A stretch of DNA of 62,925 nucleotides from an uncultured Sphingobacteriales bacterium (GTDB lineage: Bacteria; Bacteroidota; Bacteroidia; CAILMK01; CAYYUA01). Below the pieces are notes generated by a model, which saw only the letters and a program-made list of their open reading frames with translations, was not told the DNA's origin and made no database searches. Positions within the stretch are counted from its first letter, which is position 1. Each line of letters starts with the position of its first letter. Shown in pieces: positions 38,971 to 48,760 of the stretch. The stretch spans positions 31,823 through 94,747 of the forward strand of contig CAZJWK010000002.1 in the NCBI GenBank assembly GCA_964549595.1, given 5' to 3'. Both the position numbers and the translations under genes were made by a program.

Positions 38971-41196
38971 CTAAAATTCGATGTCCCTGCTTTTTTCAGA
39001 TTTTTTTGAGTTGAACGCTTTACAATCAATTTCTACCGGCAATTCTTCCTGGGGTTTTTCAAATGCCTTTTTGGAGACATTTAATTCGTCATCCGAGTAA
39101 CAATTTTTCATGAATTTAGCCCAAATGGGAAGAGCCATATTGGCCCCCTGCCCAAGTCTAATACTACGAAAGTGTATGCTACGGTTGTCCCCGCCTACCC
39201 ATACACCACCGGTTAAGTTGGGTACGGCACCCAGAAACCAACCATCGGATTGATTTTGAGTCGTACCTGTTTTTCCGGCTATTGGGTTTCTAAAGTCATA
39301 TTTGAACCTTAACCTTTGGGCTGTCCCATTATTAACCACGTGTTTGAGCATATCCAACATGATGTAGTTAATTTTCTCCTGGAGTACTTCGCGGTTTTTC
39401 CCGAGGAATTTCTCTAACACATTGCCATTTTTATCCTCAATGCGGGTATACAAAACGGGTTCGCGCCAAACGCCTTTATTGGCAAAGGTGTTAAAGGCAG
39501 AAACCATTTCAAATACCGAAATGTCAGGGGTTCCCAGAGCTATTGAAGGAAAAGGTTTCATCGGGCTCTTAATACCCATTTCCCTGCTGATTTCTACCAC
39601 GGCTTCGGGCGAAACCCGCTTGATCAACCTTGCGGTAATACAGTTAATGGATTTCCCCAAACCGTCCTTAATGGGTACCATCCCTCCATATTCTCCAGTT
39701 GCGTTCTTCGGGGACCATCCGTCATAATTCTCAAAAACAATAGGTGTGTTAGGCATTTTCATACAAGGGGAAAAACCTTCATCCACAGCCTTGGTATAAA
39801 CAAAGGGTTTAAAGGTTGAGCCTACTTGCCGCTTTGCGTTGATGTTGACATGATCGTACTTAAAGTGCCGAAAATTCACTCCTCCTACCCATGCTTTTAC
39901 ATATCCGTTGGAAGGACGCATAGCCATAAAACCGGAGTGGAGAAAATATTTGTAATATTTAATAGAATCCAATGGGGACATGACCGTGTCCTTCCTTTGG
40001 TCATCTCCATCATAAGTGAATACCTCCATTTTGACGGGCTTTTTGAATACTGTCATTATGGAATCCTTGGAAAGCCCTTCTCTTTTCAACCGCTTATACC
40101 TGTCAGATTGCTTTATGGCTTGGTCAATAATCTCTTCGTTGTTTTTCCAGGGAGGCCCACGCCCTTTCCAATGCTGAAAAAAATTATCCTGTAGATTGCT
40201 CATGTGTTCTGTTACAGCTTGTTGCGCATGCTTTTGCATTTTGCTGTTGATAGTGGTATGGATTTTTAAACCGTCCGTATAAAGGTTATAGCCATTTTTT
40301 TCACACCAATTCTCCAGTTTTTGCCGTAGGTGAGCCCTGAAATAACGAGCCTCTCCCTTATTATGGCTTTCCACATTATAGTTCAGTGCGATGGGTTTTT
40401 TCTTTAAAGAATCATAGGCCTCTTCTGAAAGGTACTCATTCTTCACCATTTGATAAAGCACTACATTTCGCCGCTTTTTTGAATTGGCTTTGTTGTAAAC
40501 CGGTGAATATTTGTGTGTGGCTTTTAAAGAGCCTATTAACACCGCTGCCTCCTCCGGTTTTAAATTTTTCGGGGATTTATTGAAAAAGGTGCTTGAAGCC
40601 GCTTTTATGCCATAAGTATTACTCCCAAAAGTTACCGTATTAAGGTACATTTGTATGATTTCTTCCTTGGTGTAATAGCGTTCCAAACGGACAGCAATAA
40701 CCCATTCCTTCAGCTTTCTTACGATTTTTTCTGACCATGTATCAAAGTTCTTCCTGGGAAAAAGGTTTTTTGCCAACTGTTGGGTCACTGTACTGCCACC
40801 TCCGGCACTTTCCTGCCCAAGGATTAACCGGTAAAATAATACCCGGAATAAAGCAATAAGATCTATGCCGGGATGTTTGTAAAACCGGGCATCTTCAGTG
40901 GCAATTAAGGCATTGACCAGATGAGGACTGAGCTTTTGGAAGTTTACATTAGACCGGTTCTGGGTGAAATATTTTCCCAATAAAACGCCGTCCTGGGAAT
41001 ACACTTTGGAAGCCAGGTTGGTTTCGGGGTTTTCCAATTGTTGAGTGGAGGGAAGTTCACCGAACCATTCGCTGGCAATGCCTGTCAGGAAAAGGACTAT
41101 AGACAGGAAAATAATTAGTAAAACCGTCCAGAAATATAGAATAAATTTTTTAGCAATGGATTTTGAAAAGCCCTTAGCATTATTACGGGAATTCAT
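38971..41196 (-). CDS. class A penicillin-binding protein 1A
   Basis: EDARFY.H.G.D, GGSTVTQQLAKN, RKLKE; transpeptidase STFK, SIN, KTGT. Confidence 0.93.
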   Translation of the reverse strand: MNSRNNAKGFSKSIAKKFILYFWTVLLIIFLSIVLFLTGIASEWFGELPSTQQLENPETNLASKVYSQDGVLLGKYFTQNRSNVNFQKLSPHLVNALIATEDARFYKHPGIDLIALFRVLFYRLILGQESAGGGSTVTQQLAKNLFPRKNFDTWSEKIVRKLKEWVIAVRLERYYTKEEIIQMYLNTVTFGSNTYGIKAASSTFFNKSPKNLKPEEAAVLIGSLKATHKYSPVYNKANSKKRRNVVLYQMVKNEYLSEEAYDSLKKKPIALNYNVESHNKGEARYFRAHLRQKLENWCEKNGYNLYTDGLKIHTTINSKMQKHAQQAVTEHMSNLQDNFFQHWKGRGPPWKNNEEIIDQAIKQSDRYKRLKREGLSKDSIMTVFKKPVKMEVFTYDGDDQRKDTVMSPLDSIKYYKYFLHSGFMAMRPSNGYVKAWVGGVNFRHFKYDHVNINAKRQVGSTFKPFVYTKAVDEGFSPCMKMPNTPIVFENYDGWSPKNATGEYGGMVPIKDGLGKSINCITARLIKRVSPEAVVEISREMGIKSPMKPFPSIALGTPDISVFEMVSAFNTFANKGVWREPVLYTRIEDKNGNVLEKFLGKNREVLQEKINYIMLDMLKHVVNNGTAQRLRFKYDFRNPIAGKTGTTQNQSDGWFLGAVPNLTGGVWVGGDNRSIHFRSIRLGQGANMALPIWAKFMKNCYSDDELNVSKKAFEKPQEELPVEIDCKAFNSKKSEKSRDIEF

Positions 41197-41204
41197 TCAA
41201 TAAT

Positions 41205-43886
41205 TCACCTTTTGGTTTTTAAGTATTCTTGGTTAAAAAATTGTTCGTAAAGTGGCAGTGCCTTTTCGCTGATGACCTGCTTGTAATTGGCAATGTTGGC
41301 TACGTAATGGTTTGGGGATTCTAGCCCGAGTTTTTCTTTAAAATCCTTATCATTGGCAATACTTTTCAAGTAACTGAGGGCCTGATTTTTGTCCTTGAAA
41401 TCCCTGATCAGGATCAGGCGCTTTTTCCTGCCATACATCAGTGAGGAAATATCCAGGTTTAAAAACTTGTAATATTCGTTGTTGTATTCAGCAAAAGCTT
41501 GCTTGATTTTCTGCGTATTATGTTTTTCCAAAGATAATACCATGAAGTACAAATGGGTTTTATCTGAATCTTCATTAAAGGGAAAATCTTTTTCCTGTTT
41601 GTTGGAAACAGTTTGCTTGCCTTCATGCTTTACCAAATAATTGTAAACATTCTGGGCATGACTGACCGTGGCTTTCTCTTGAGGATATTTTTCCATGTAA
41701 TCCTTTAATTTTTGCTTAAAGGTGCTTTTGGTATCTTCATTTTTCCCTTCGCATAAAATCCTGATGTATTCAAATTTGTGACTAAGGTAATTCGCTTCAA
41801 AATTGCTATCCGCTTTCTTTTGTCTAACCCTTACTTTCTCACATTTGCCATCCTTGTAATATTGAAAAGTTTTTTGGTAAAATTGCTCTAATTCAGAGTT
41901 ATTTTCCCGAGCTTTTTGCCTGAGCTTTTCAGGATTTTCGATTAAAGTGGTGTATTTACTTTCCGGGTATTGGTTTTTTAACTTTTGGCTATAGATCTTG
42001 GCTTTCTCGGCTTGATTTTTTTCGTGGTAAATTTTGTATAAATAGAAAAGGGAACGTGGCTTATATTGGCTATTGGGAAAATTTTGGTTTAGCTTTTTGA
42101 AATACCGGATGGCCTTTTCAAAATCTTGAAGGGATTGGTAATAAATACTGCCGATGTTAAAAAGGGCTTTCTGAACCTTTTTCCGGGAATTTATTTTTTG
42201 AGAACTATCAAATGGAATTTGGACGTAAAATAATTTTTGGGCTTTAGGCAATTTTTCAAAATTTTCCGGAATGACTTCGTTTTGCTTTGCAAAATTGTTT
42301 ATATCGGATTTCCGCTTATTTTGAGCAGTGTCTTTTTTAGTTGGGGATTTTTCTTCTTTTTCGGCTTCTTTAAAATCAGAGGATTTTTCAGTTTTGATTC
42401 GCCAGTTATCCTGAAGGGGGCGTTTACCCCATTGACGTTCAAATGCCGGCAATCCACGACTTTTGGCTTTTGAATTATAGAAATACCAATTTCCTCCTCT
42501 GTTGGAGGAACGGCCAAAGTTCTGCCCTTCAGCCAATTGCTTTTGCTGGTTTCTGCGGAGCCTTTCCAGTTGTTTTTTCTTTTTTTGTTGTTGTTTTTTG
42601 GCCTTCTTTTTTTGCTTTTGCTTTTTCAAAACCTTTTTGAATTGGGAACGAAATCTATTTTTACCCCAATTGGCCATTTCCTGCAAACTATCCTGCCGTT
42701 GCATAGTTTGCTTATGACGGATTAAATCATCCAGTACGGATTTTTTGCTTTTAACCTGCTGGTAAGCTTCATGCTCTGGTGAAATCAGTTGAAAAGTATT
42801 ATCAAAATAAGTTTGGGCCTTACCGTAGTTACCCTTTTTAAAGTGGTAGTTGGCAAGGTTACGATAGGCATTGGCTTTTTGCTTTGGTGTGGCTTGCTCG
42901 GCCTCAAGGGCTTTATTTAAGTAACGGACGAATTGTTCCTGGTTGTTGTTTTTCTTTGCCAGCTGGGCAAGCTCAAAAAAGATACGGCTTTTATAATCCA
43001 CATTTTTATCGTCTTTAAGCATCTTTTTAAGGTTTTTCTGGACCTTTTTGATATCCCTTGTTCCATGCTTTTGAAAACAAGAAGCCTTATTGATTTTTGC
43101 ATGAAATGCCATCTCGTAAACCGGACGATTGGAGAGGACTTTGTTATAATTAATGATGGCCTTGGAGTATTTACCTCTTTCCTGGGCTATTTGACCAAGG
43201 ATAAATAAGTAACGGGTTTTGAGTGCCTTTTCATTGACTTTAGGTAAAACGTTTTTGATCTTTTTGGAAGCTGTGCTGTACTTATTTCGCTCTAAGGCTA
43301 CTGTGGCTTCTGCCAATGCCAAGTCCTTTTTCAAGCTATTCGGAAATTCCCCTTCAGTCTTGATGTTTGTAAGCATGGCCTGTGCCTGATCCACATCACC
43401 CTGTTGAAGGTAAGCAAAAGCAATCCAGATTAAGGACTCATAAGCCCTTTTTCCTCCACTAAATTTGCTTTTTACATACCGAAAACGTTCAATGGCGGAA
43501 ATGTATTCCCCTTTGTAAAAATAGGCTTTTCCCATTAAGAAATAACAGTCGTCAGTCCATTTACTGGGTTCATGCTTTTGAATAACCCGGGTACTTTTTT
43601 TGATAACTTTGTCACAATTAGAGGTATTTTGCTTGGCTAAACTTTCAGTAGGAAAACGGTGCAAAGGGAGGACCTCATTGAAGTCATCTTTGTAAGATTT
43701 TCTTGTGGAATGAACCACATCTTTCATAAGTTCTCTTGCATTAAAGTAACCGTTGTACTTAGCGGTAATGTCATGGTAAATCTGGGCAATTTTGGTCCCC
43801 TCTAACGATTTACAACCGTTCAACACAAAGGCGGTTACTAAAAAGCCCGCAATTAAAACGATGGTTTTAACTTTTCTTAAAATCAA
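41205..43886 (-). CDS. porW: T9SS periplasmic TPR lipoprotein PorW/SprE
   Basis: Lipobox LNGC; YH..TAKYNGYFNA; TPRs; WYFYN...G...F...WG.R.L.DNWR; TTG start; TAATTTTG box at 43934-41. Confidence 0.85.
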   Translation of the reverse strand: MILRKVKTIVLIAGFLVTAFVLNGCKSLEGTKIAQIYHDITAKYNGYFNARELMKDVVHSTRKSYKDDFNEVLPLHRFPTESLAKQNTSNCDKVIKKSTRVIQKHEPSKWTDDCYFLMGKAYFYKGEYISAIERFRYVKSKFSGGKRAYESLIWIAFAYLQQGDVDQAQAMLTNIKTEGEFPNSLKKDLALAEATVALERNKYSTASKKIKNVLPKVNEKALKTRYLFILGQIAQERGKYSKAIINYNKVLSNRPVYEMAFHAKINKASCFQKHGTRDIKKVQKNLKKMLKDDKNVDYKSRIFFELAQLAKKNNNQEQFVRYLNKALEAEQATPKQKANAYRNLANYHFKKGNYGKAQTYFDNTFQLISPEHEAYQQVKSKKSVLDDLIRHKQTMQRQDSLQEMANWGKNRFRSQFKKVLKKQKQKKKAKKQQQKKKKQLERLRRNQQKQLAEGQNFGRSSNRGGNWYFYNSKAKSRGLPAFERQWGKRPLQDNWRIKTEKSSDFKEAEKEEKSPTKKDTAQNKRKSDINNFAKQNEVIPENFEKLPKAQKLFYVQIPFDSSQKINSRKKVQKALFNIGSIYYQSLQDFEKAIRYFKKLNQNFPNSQYKPRSLFYLYKIYHEKNQAEKAKIYSQKLKNQYPESKYTTLIENPEKLRQKARENNSELEQFYQKTFQYYKDGKCEKVRVRQKKADSNFEANYLSHKFEYIRILCEGKNEDTKSTFKQKLKDYMEKYPQEKATVSHAQNVYNYLVKHEGKQTVSNKQEKDFPFNEDSDKTHLYFMVLSLEKHNTQKIKQAFAEYNNEYYKFLNLDISSLMYGRKKRLILIRDFKDKNQALSYLKSIANDKDFKEKLGLESPNHYVANIANYKQVISEKALPLYEQFFNQEYLKTKR

Positions 43887-44117
43887 AAAATCCGGTTTTA
43901 AATGTTTTAGCTATTGTAATAACTTCGCATCCGCAAAATTATTTTAATTATAGCAATCTCGGAATTCATTTCTGCACCAATCGATTAATGCTTTTAAAAT
44001 AGCTTTCGTTCGAATTTGAAAAACATTTGCCTAAAAATTAACAAATGAGTGTCTTGACAACAAAGGATAAGTCAAAATACTCCTAAAAGTCAAATATACA
44101 AAATCCAAACGTAACGC

Positions 44118-44969
44118 TTGCGTAGATTAAGAAATAGATACAGGTTAGTAATTCTCAAGGAAACAGATTTTCAAGAAAAAGCATCTTTTTCGATTAAAGG
44201 GTTTAATGTGTTTGCTTTTCTTAGTGTTATTTTCATCCTGATGTTCTTTGTGTTTTACTTGTTGTTTGGCTTTACTCCCCTTTATAACTTTTTACCCGGC
44301 AACAAAGCGTCTTTGAATGAAAAGAAGGCTGTTAGGTTGGCCTATAAAGTGGACTCCTTAAGCCGGGTAGTAAAGACCAGAGAACGGTATTTGGAAAATA
44401 TTAAGGAAATCTTAACCGGTAACGTAAAAGATAGTCCCAGGATTAAGAAACGGCCTAAAAAGGAGCTTGAAGTAAAAAGTGAAAAGGTGGATTTGGATAC
44501 CAATACGGTTAGTGATTCGATATTTCAGGAAAAAATGAAATCCAGGGATCCCTATAAGCTCAATTTTGAATCATTAAGGAATGAAAAGAACACCCTTAAT
44601 AACTATGCTTTTTTCCCTCCCTTAAAAGGGATTATAACCTCTTCATACGATGAAAGTAAAGGACACTATGCGGTAGATGTAGTAGGGCCGAAAGATATCG
44701 GGATCAAAGCGGTTTTGAATGGTACTGTTATTTATTCAGGTTGGTCGGTTTCAACCGGTTACATAATTATGGTACAACACCCGGACAATTTAATTTCCGT
44801 TTATAAACACAATTCTGAATTGTTAAAAAAAGTTGGTAATTTTGTGGAAGCAGGTGAAGTAATAGCCATTATAGGCGAATCCGGGGCGCTAAGTACCGGC
44901 CCTCATTTACATTTTGAACTTTGGCATAATGGTGATCCGGTGAACCCGGAAAAATACATCGCTTTTTAA
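44118..44969 (+). CDS. M23 family metallopeptidase (peptidoglycan hydrolase-like)
   Basis: N-terminal TM; HYAVD, YKH, GPHLHFE. Confidence 0.9.
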   Translation: MRRLRNRYRLVILKETDFQEKASFSIKGFNVFAFLSVIFILMFFVFYLLFGFTPLYNFLPGNKASLNEKKAVRLAYKVDSLSRVVKTRERYLENIKEILTGNVKDSPRIKKRPKKELEVKSEKVDLDTNTVSDSIFQEKMKSRDPYKLNFESLRNEKNTLNNYAFFPPLKGIITSSYDESKGHYAVDVVGPKDIGIKAVLNGTVIYSGWSVSTGYIIMVQHPDNLISVYKHNSELLKKVGNFVEAGEVIAIIGESGALSTGPHLHFELWHNGDPVNPEKYIAF

Positions 44970-45093
44970 GGTTTTTATCGGCCTTTAAATGGGAACGCTT
45001 ACCTCTGATGGTTTGGGAATAAATAACTTTACAAGGAAATTTTTAAAAATTATAAATTCCCTTTTTATTTAGCAGAAAATTAAATTTGTGATC

Positions 45094-45603
45094 ATGTTTA
45101 AAAAAGACAATAAGGTGGAAAATCGGGGGAAGGAAGATAATAATGGAAGTTCCATCAATTTGGTAGGTGATTCAACGCACATCTCTGGTGAAGTGTATAC
45201 TGAAACGGATATTCGTGTGGATGGTACCATTGAAGGGGATATTATCACTAAGGGCAAATTGGTGCTTGGTGAAAATGCCTTAATAACCGGAAATAGTTAT
45301 TGCCAATCAGGGGATATATCAGGAAAAATTGAAGGTGATATTTATTCTAAGGATTTGCTAAACCTCAAATCCACAGCTCAGGTAAATGGAGATATTTACA
45401 CCAAGCGGTTAATCATTGAAAAAGATGCCAGTTTTAATGGTAAATGTGAAATGAGGGATCAAGTAACTTTTCCACAGGGAAAAACCATAAATAAAGAAAG
45501 TGGCTCAAAACAAGGAATTCAACAGGGAGAGGCAAGATCAGGACAACCAGAAGGTAAAGGAAAAGAAAAACCCGGGGCAGAAGAGAAAACCACCACTGCA
45601 TAA
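45094..45603 (+). CDS. bactofilin (polymer-forming cytoskeletal protein, CcmA family)
   Basis: Beta-helix repeats IRVDG.IEGDI, I.G.IEGDI, A.VNGDI, A.FNGKCEM; charged tail. Confidence 0.9.
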   Translation: MFKKDNKVENRGKEDNNGSSINLVGDSTHISGEVYTETDIRVDGTIEGDIITKGKLVLGENALITGNSYCQSGDISGKIEGDIYSKDLLNLKSTAQVNGDIYTKRLIIEKDASFNGKCEMRDQVTFPQGKTINKESGSKQGIQQGEARSGQPEGKGKEKPGAEEKTTTA

Positions 45604-45778
45604 CTATGCTTATTACATGGGAATTGGTTTTCGCATTTTGGGGACGGTCCTGGCCGGATTAGCCATAGGTTATTGGATAGACAGTGCCATGGAAAATGAT
45701 ACCCCCTACTTCATGCTTATACTTGGTTTCCTGGCCATCCTTTTAACCCTTTATCAAATTATTCGAGAATTTGCTTAG
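45500..45778 (+). CDS. AtpZ/AtpI-family small membrane protein
   Basis: Two TMs with GYWID motif; upstream of atpB; GTG start overlapping bactofilin. Confidence 0.75.
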   Translation: MAQNKEFNRERQDQDNQKVKEKKNPGQKRKPPLHNYAYYMGIGFRILGTVLAGLAIGYWIDSAMENDTPYFMLILGFLAILLTLYQIIREFA

Positions 45779-45781
45779 CCG

Positions 45782-46195
45782 ATGCTTTCAGCCACTTCCA
45801 CTCAATTTTTAAAAACTTATCTGGTTTTTGGTCTCCTGGTATTTTTATCACTGATTCCTATTTCCTTTTTAATGACTGATAAAGCGGTCATCATTTTGAT
45901 TAGCAATGCTTGCTTTTTATTCTTCATCACATTAATCACCGGTGTTTCGCTAATCCAAACCATTGAAAGCCGGCATTTTCGATTCATGCTTGCATTAACA
46001 GCAGGCACTTTTAGTAAGCTATTAATAGCGCCTTTGTTTTTGTATTTGTTAATCACTCAATATCCTCAAAATAAGCTTTTAATTGTGTTTTCATTTTTAA
46101 CAGGTTATTTATTGTTTACTGGATTTGAACTTTTCCAATTATTCCGTAACTTGCGCCCGCATTTAAAAAAGGAAGAAAAAAGTGAAAATCGCTAA
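45782..46195 (+). CDS. 4-TM membrane protein at the ATP synthase I (AtpI) position
   Basis: Four hydrophobic segments, K-L-L and YLLFT.FE pattern; immediately upstream of atpB. Confidence 0.65.
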   Translation: MLSATSTQFLKTYLVFGLLVFLSLIPISFLMTDKAVIILISNACFLFFITLITGVSLIQTIESRHFRFMLALTAGTFSKLLIAPLFLYLLITQYPQNKLLIVFSFLTGYLLFTGFELFQLFRNLRPHLKKEEKSENR

Positions 46196-47294
46196 AGCCC
46201 CTGTCAAACGGTCAGTTTTACTCCTAACCTTACTAACATTTCTGTTCGGATTAAATGATAACGCTCTGGCTTCCAAAGAAAAAGATCAAGGCGGTAGCCA
46301 CAGCCAGGAAGAAGGGTTTAATCCCGGTGATGTGATTATTCATCACATAAAAGATTCTTATAAATGGCACTTCTTCTCAATAGGGAATTTTGACGCTACC
46401 GTTTATTTTCCGGTTATTTTATATTCCGCGGATAAAGGATTGGTCGCCTTTAACTCCAAACATCTTTACCAAAATGATAATTACCGGGGGTTTAAACTTG
46501 ATCATAATGAGATTAAATCCGCAACCGGCGCCTCGGTTTACGACTTTTCCCTTACTAAGAATGTGGCTTCCATGTTAGTAAGTGCGTTACTCATGCTTTG
46601 GATATTTCTTGCGGTGGCTAAACGGTATAAGCAGCAACCTGCTAAGCCACCAAGGGGTTTACAATCTTTACTTGAGCCGATCATTATTTTTATTCGGGAT
46701 GAAGTGACTAAGCCGGTCATCGGAAAAGATTGGCACAAATATTTTCCTTACATCATTACCGTATTCTTTTTTATCTGGATCAATAACCTTTTGGGTTTAT
46801 TACCCGGTGCTGCTAATGTGACGGGTAACATTGCCGTCACCCTGTGCCTGGCCTTAATTACATTCCTTATAGTAAATGTGAATGGCACCAAAGATTATTG
46901 GAAACATATTTTTAATACACCCGGTGTTCCCTGGTGGTTGAAAATTCCTGTTCCCTTAATGCCGGCAGTAGAATTTTTAAGCATTTTTACTAAGCCCTTT
47001 GCCTTAACCGTACGGCTTTTTGCCAACATTACAGCAGGGCACTTGTTAATCCTTAGTGTAATTTCTCTTATCTTCATTTTTGGCCAGCAAAGTGCGTCCC
47101 TTGGCTATGGCATTATTGCCCCGATCTCGATTGGGTTTACCATATTTTTATATTTTATTGAATTGTTAGTAGCTGTTGTTCAGGCTTATATATTTGCTAT
47201 GCTTTCAGCCGTATTTATAGGCGAATCCATTTCCACCCATCACGAAGATGAGGAGGCTGAGGAAGCGATGGTTGAAGGACAACAAACCAGTTAG
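46182..47294 (+). CDS. atpB: F0F1 ATP synthase subunit a
   Basis: HHIKD, NLLGLLP, KPFAL.VRLFANITAGH, ELLVA.VQAYIF. Confidence 0.96.
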   Translation: MKIAKAPVKRSVLLLTLLTFLFGLNDNALASKEKDQGGSHSQEEGFNPGDVIIHHIKDSYKWHFFSIGNFDATVYFPVILYSADKGLVAFNSKHLYQNDNYRGFKLDHNEIKSATGASVYDFSLTKNVASMLVSALLMLWIFLAVAKRYKQQPAKPPRGLQSLLEPIIIFIRDEVTKPVIGKDWHKYFPYIITVFFFIWINNLLGLLPGAANVTGNIAVTLCLALITFLIVNVNGTKDYWKHIFNTPGVPWWLKIPVPLMPAVEFLSIFTKPFALTVRLFANITAGHLLILSVISLIFIFGQQSASLGYGIIAPISIGFTIFLYFIELLVAVVQAYIFAMLSAVFIGESISTHHEDEEAEEAMVEGQQTS

Positions 47295-47339
47295 TAAGTG
47301 TTTAATAAATAAGTTTCGTTTTTTTAACCTTTTAAATAA

Positions 47340-47597
<258 letters not shown>

Positions 47598-47616
47598 GAA
47601 GTTTAACAAGCAATCA

Positions 47617-47655
47617 ATGGCTTTGCTTTTAGCGGTTGGCTAAAAGCAAAGCCAT
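47617..47655 (+). promoter_or_regulatory. 17-bp perfect stem-loop between atpE and atpF
   Basis: ATGGCTTTGCTTTTAGC-GGTTG-GCTAAAAGCAAAGCCAT, then CC and a T run. Confidence 0.75.
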
Positions 47656-47687
47656 CCTTTTTTGAAACAAACGAAAAGTAGTTTAAT

Positions 47688-48182
47688 ATGGAATTATTAC
47701 TTCCGGAATTAGGATTATTTGTCTGGACTTCGATTGTTTTCTTAATTGTACTCTTCATCCTCTCCAAGAAAGCCTGGACACCTATTGCCAATGCACTAAA
47801 AAACCGGGAACAATCTATTGAAGATGCTTTAAATGAGGCTAGCAAAGCCCGGGAAGAGATCAATAACCTGAAAGCTGAAAATGATAAACTTATCCAGGAG
47901 GCTAAAGTGGAGCGGGATAAGATACTCAAAGAAGCCCGGGAGACCAAGGAGAAAATGATTAATGATGCCAAGGAAGAGGCTCAAAAGGAAAGCCAAAAGA
48001 TAAAGGACGAAGCCCAGAAAGATATTCAAAAGGAGAGGGATCGGGCTTTTCAGAATCTGAAAAATGAAGTGGCGGATATTGCCATGGATATCGCTTCAAA
48101 GATCGTCCGTGAAAAGCTTGATAAAGCCGAAAATCAGGAGGAGTTGGTAGAGAAGTATATTGAAGAATCTCAGTTAAACTAA
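47688..48182 (+). CDS. atpF: F0F1 ATP synthase subunit b
   Basis: N-terminal TM, AW.PI..AL..RE, long coiled coil. Confidence 0.95.
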   Translation: MELLLPELGLFVWTSIVFLIVLFILSKKAWTPIANALKNREQSIEDALNEASKAREEINNLKAENDKLIQEAKVERDKILKEARETKEKMINDAKEEAQKESQKIKDEAQKDIQKERDRAFQNLKNEVADIAMDIASKIVREKLDKAENQEELVEKYIEESQLN

Positions 48183-48188
48183 AATCCT

Positions 48189-48734
48189 ATGTCTGAAATC
48201 AGGGTCGCGAATAGGTATGCAAAGGCCTTAATGGATTTAGCCAGGCAAAATGACTCCTTGGAAGAAGTCCATAATGATGCGCAGCATTTTTTAGAGGTTT
48301 GTAAAGACAATCGTGATTTTGAGGTAATCTTAAGCAATCCGATTATTCCCCAGCATAAAAAATATGATATTGCGCACCGGGTCTTTTCGGAGGGTCTCTC
48401 TCAGCAAACCATGAAATTTATAGACCTTATTATTAGCAAGCAAAGAGGCTCTTTGCTTGTGCCCATTTTTGAACGCTTTGAATCTTTCTATAAGTCAATC
48501 AAAGGAATTACCCAAGCGACAGTTTATTCCCCTATTGCGCTTTCTGATAAAATCCAGGAAAGCCTTAAAGAAATTGTAAAAAAGGGAAAAGGGGGAAATG
48601 TGAATGAAGTTAATTTGGAAAACAAAATTGATGAGTCCTTATTAGGTGGCTTTGTGTTACAATTTGAAGACAAGCTATTAGATAAAAGTGTGAATACCCA
48701 GTTGAAATCGCTTAAAAAAGCCCTTAAAAATTAA
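48189..48734 (+). CDS. atpH: F0F1 ATP synthase subunit delta
   Basis: [19 protein letters not shown]. Confidence 0.95.
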   Translation: MSEIRVANRYAKALMDLARQNDSLEEVHNDAQHFLEVCKDNRDFEVILSNPIIPQHKKYDIAHRVFSEGLSQQTMKFIDLIISKQRGSLLVPIFERFESFYKSIKGITQATVYSPIALSDKIQESLKEIVKKGKGGNVNEVNLENKIDESLLGGFVLQFEDKLLDKSVNTQLKSLKKALKN

Positions 48735-48760
48735 TTAGTGAAAAATTAAATCAGATTATA

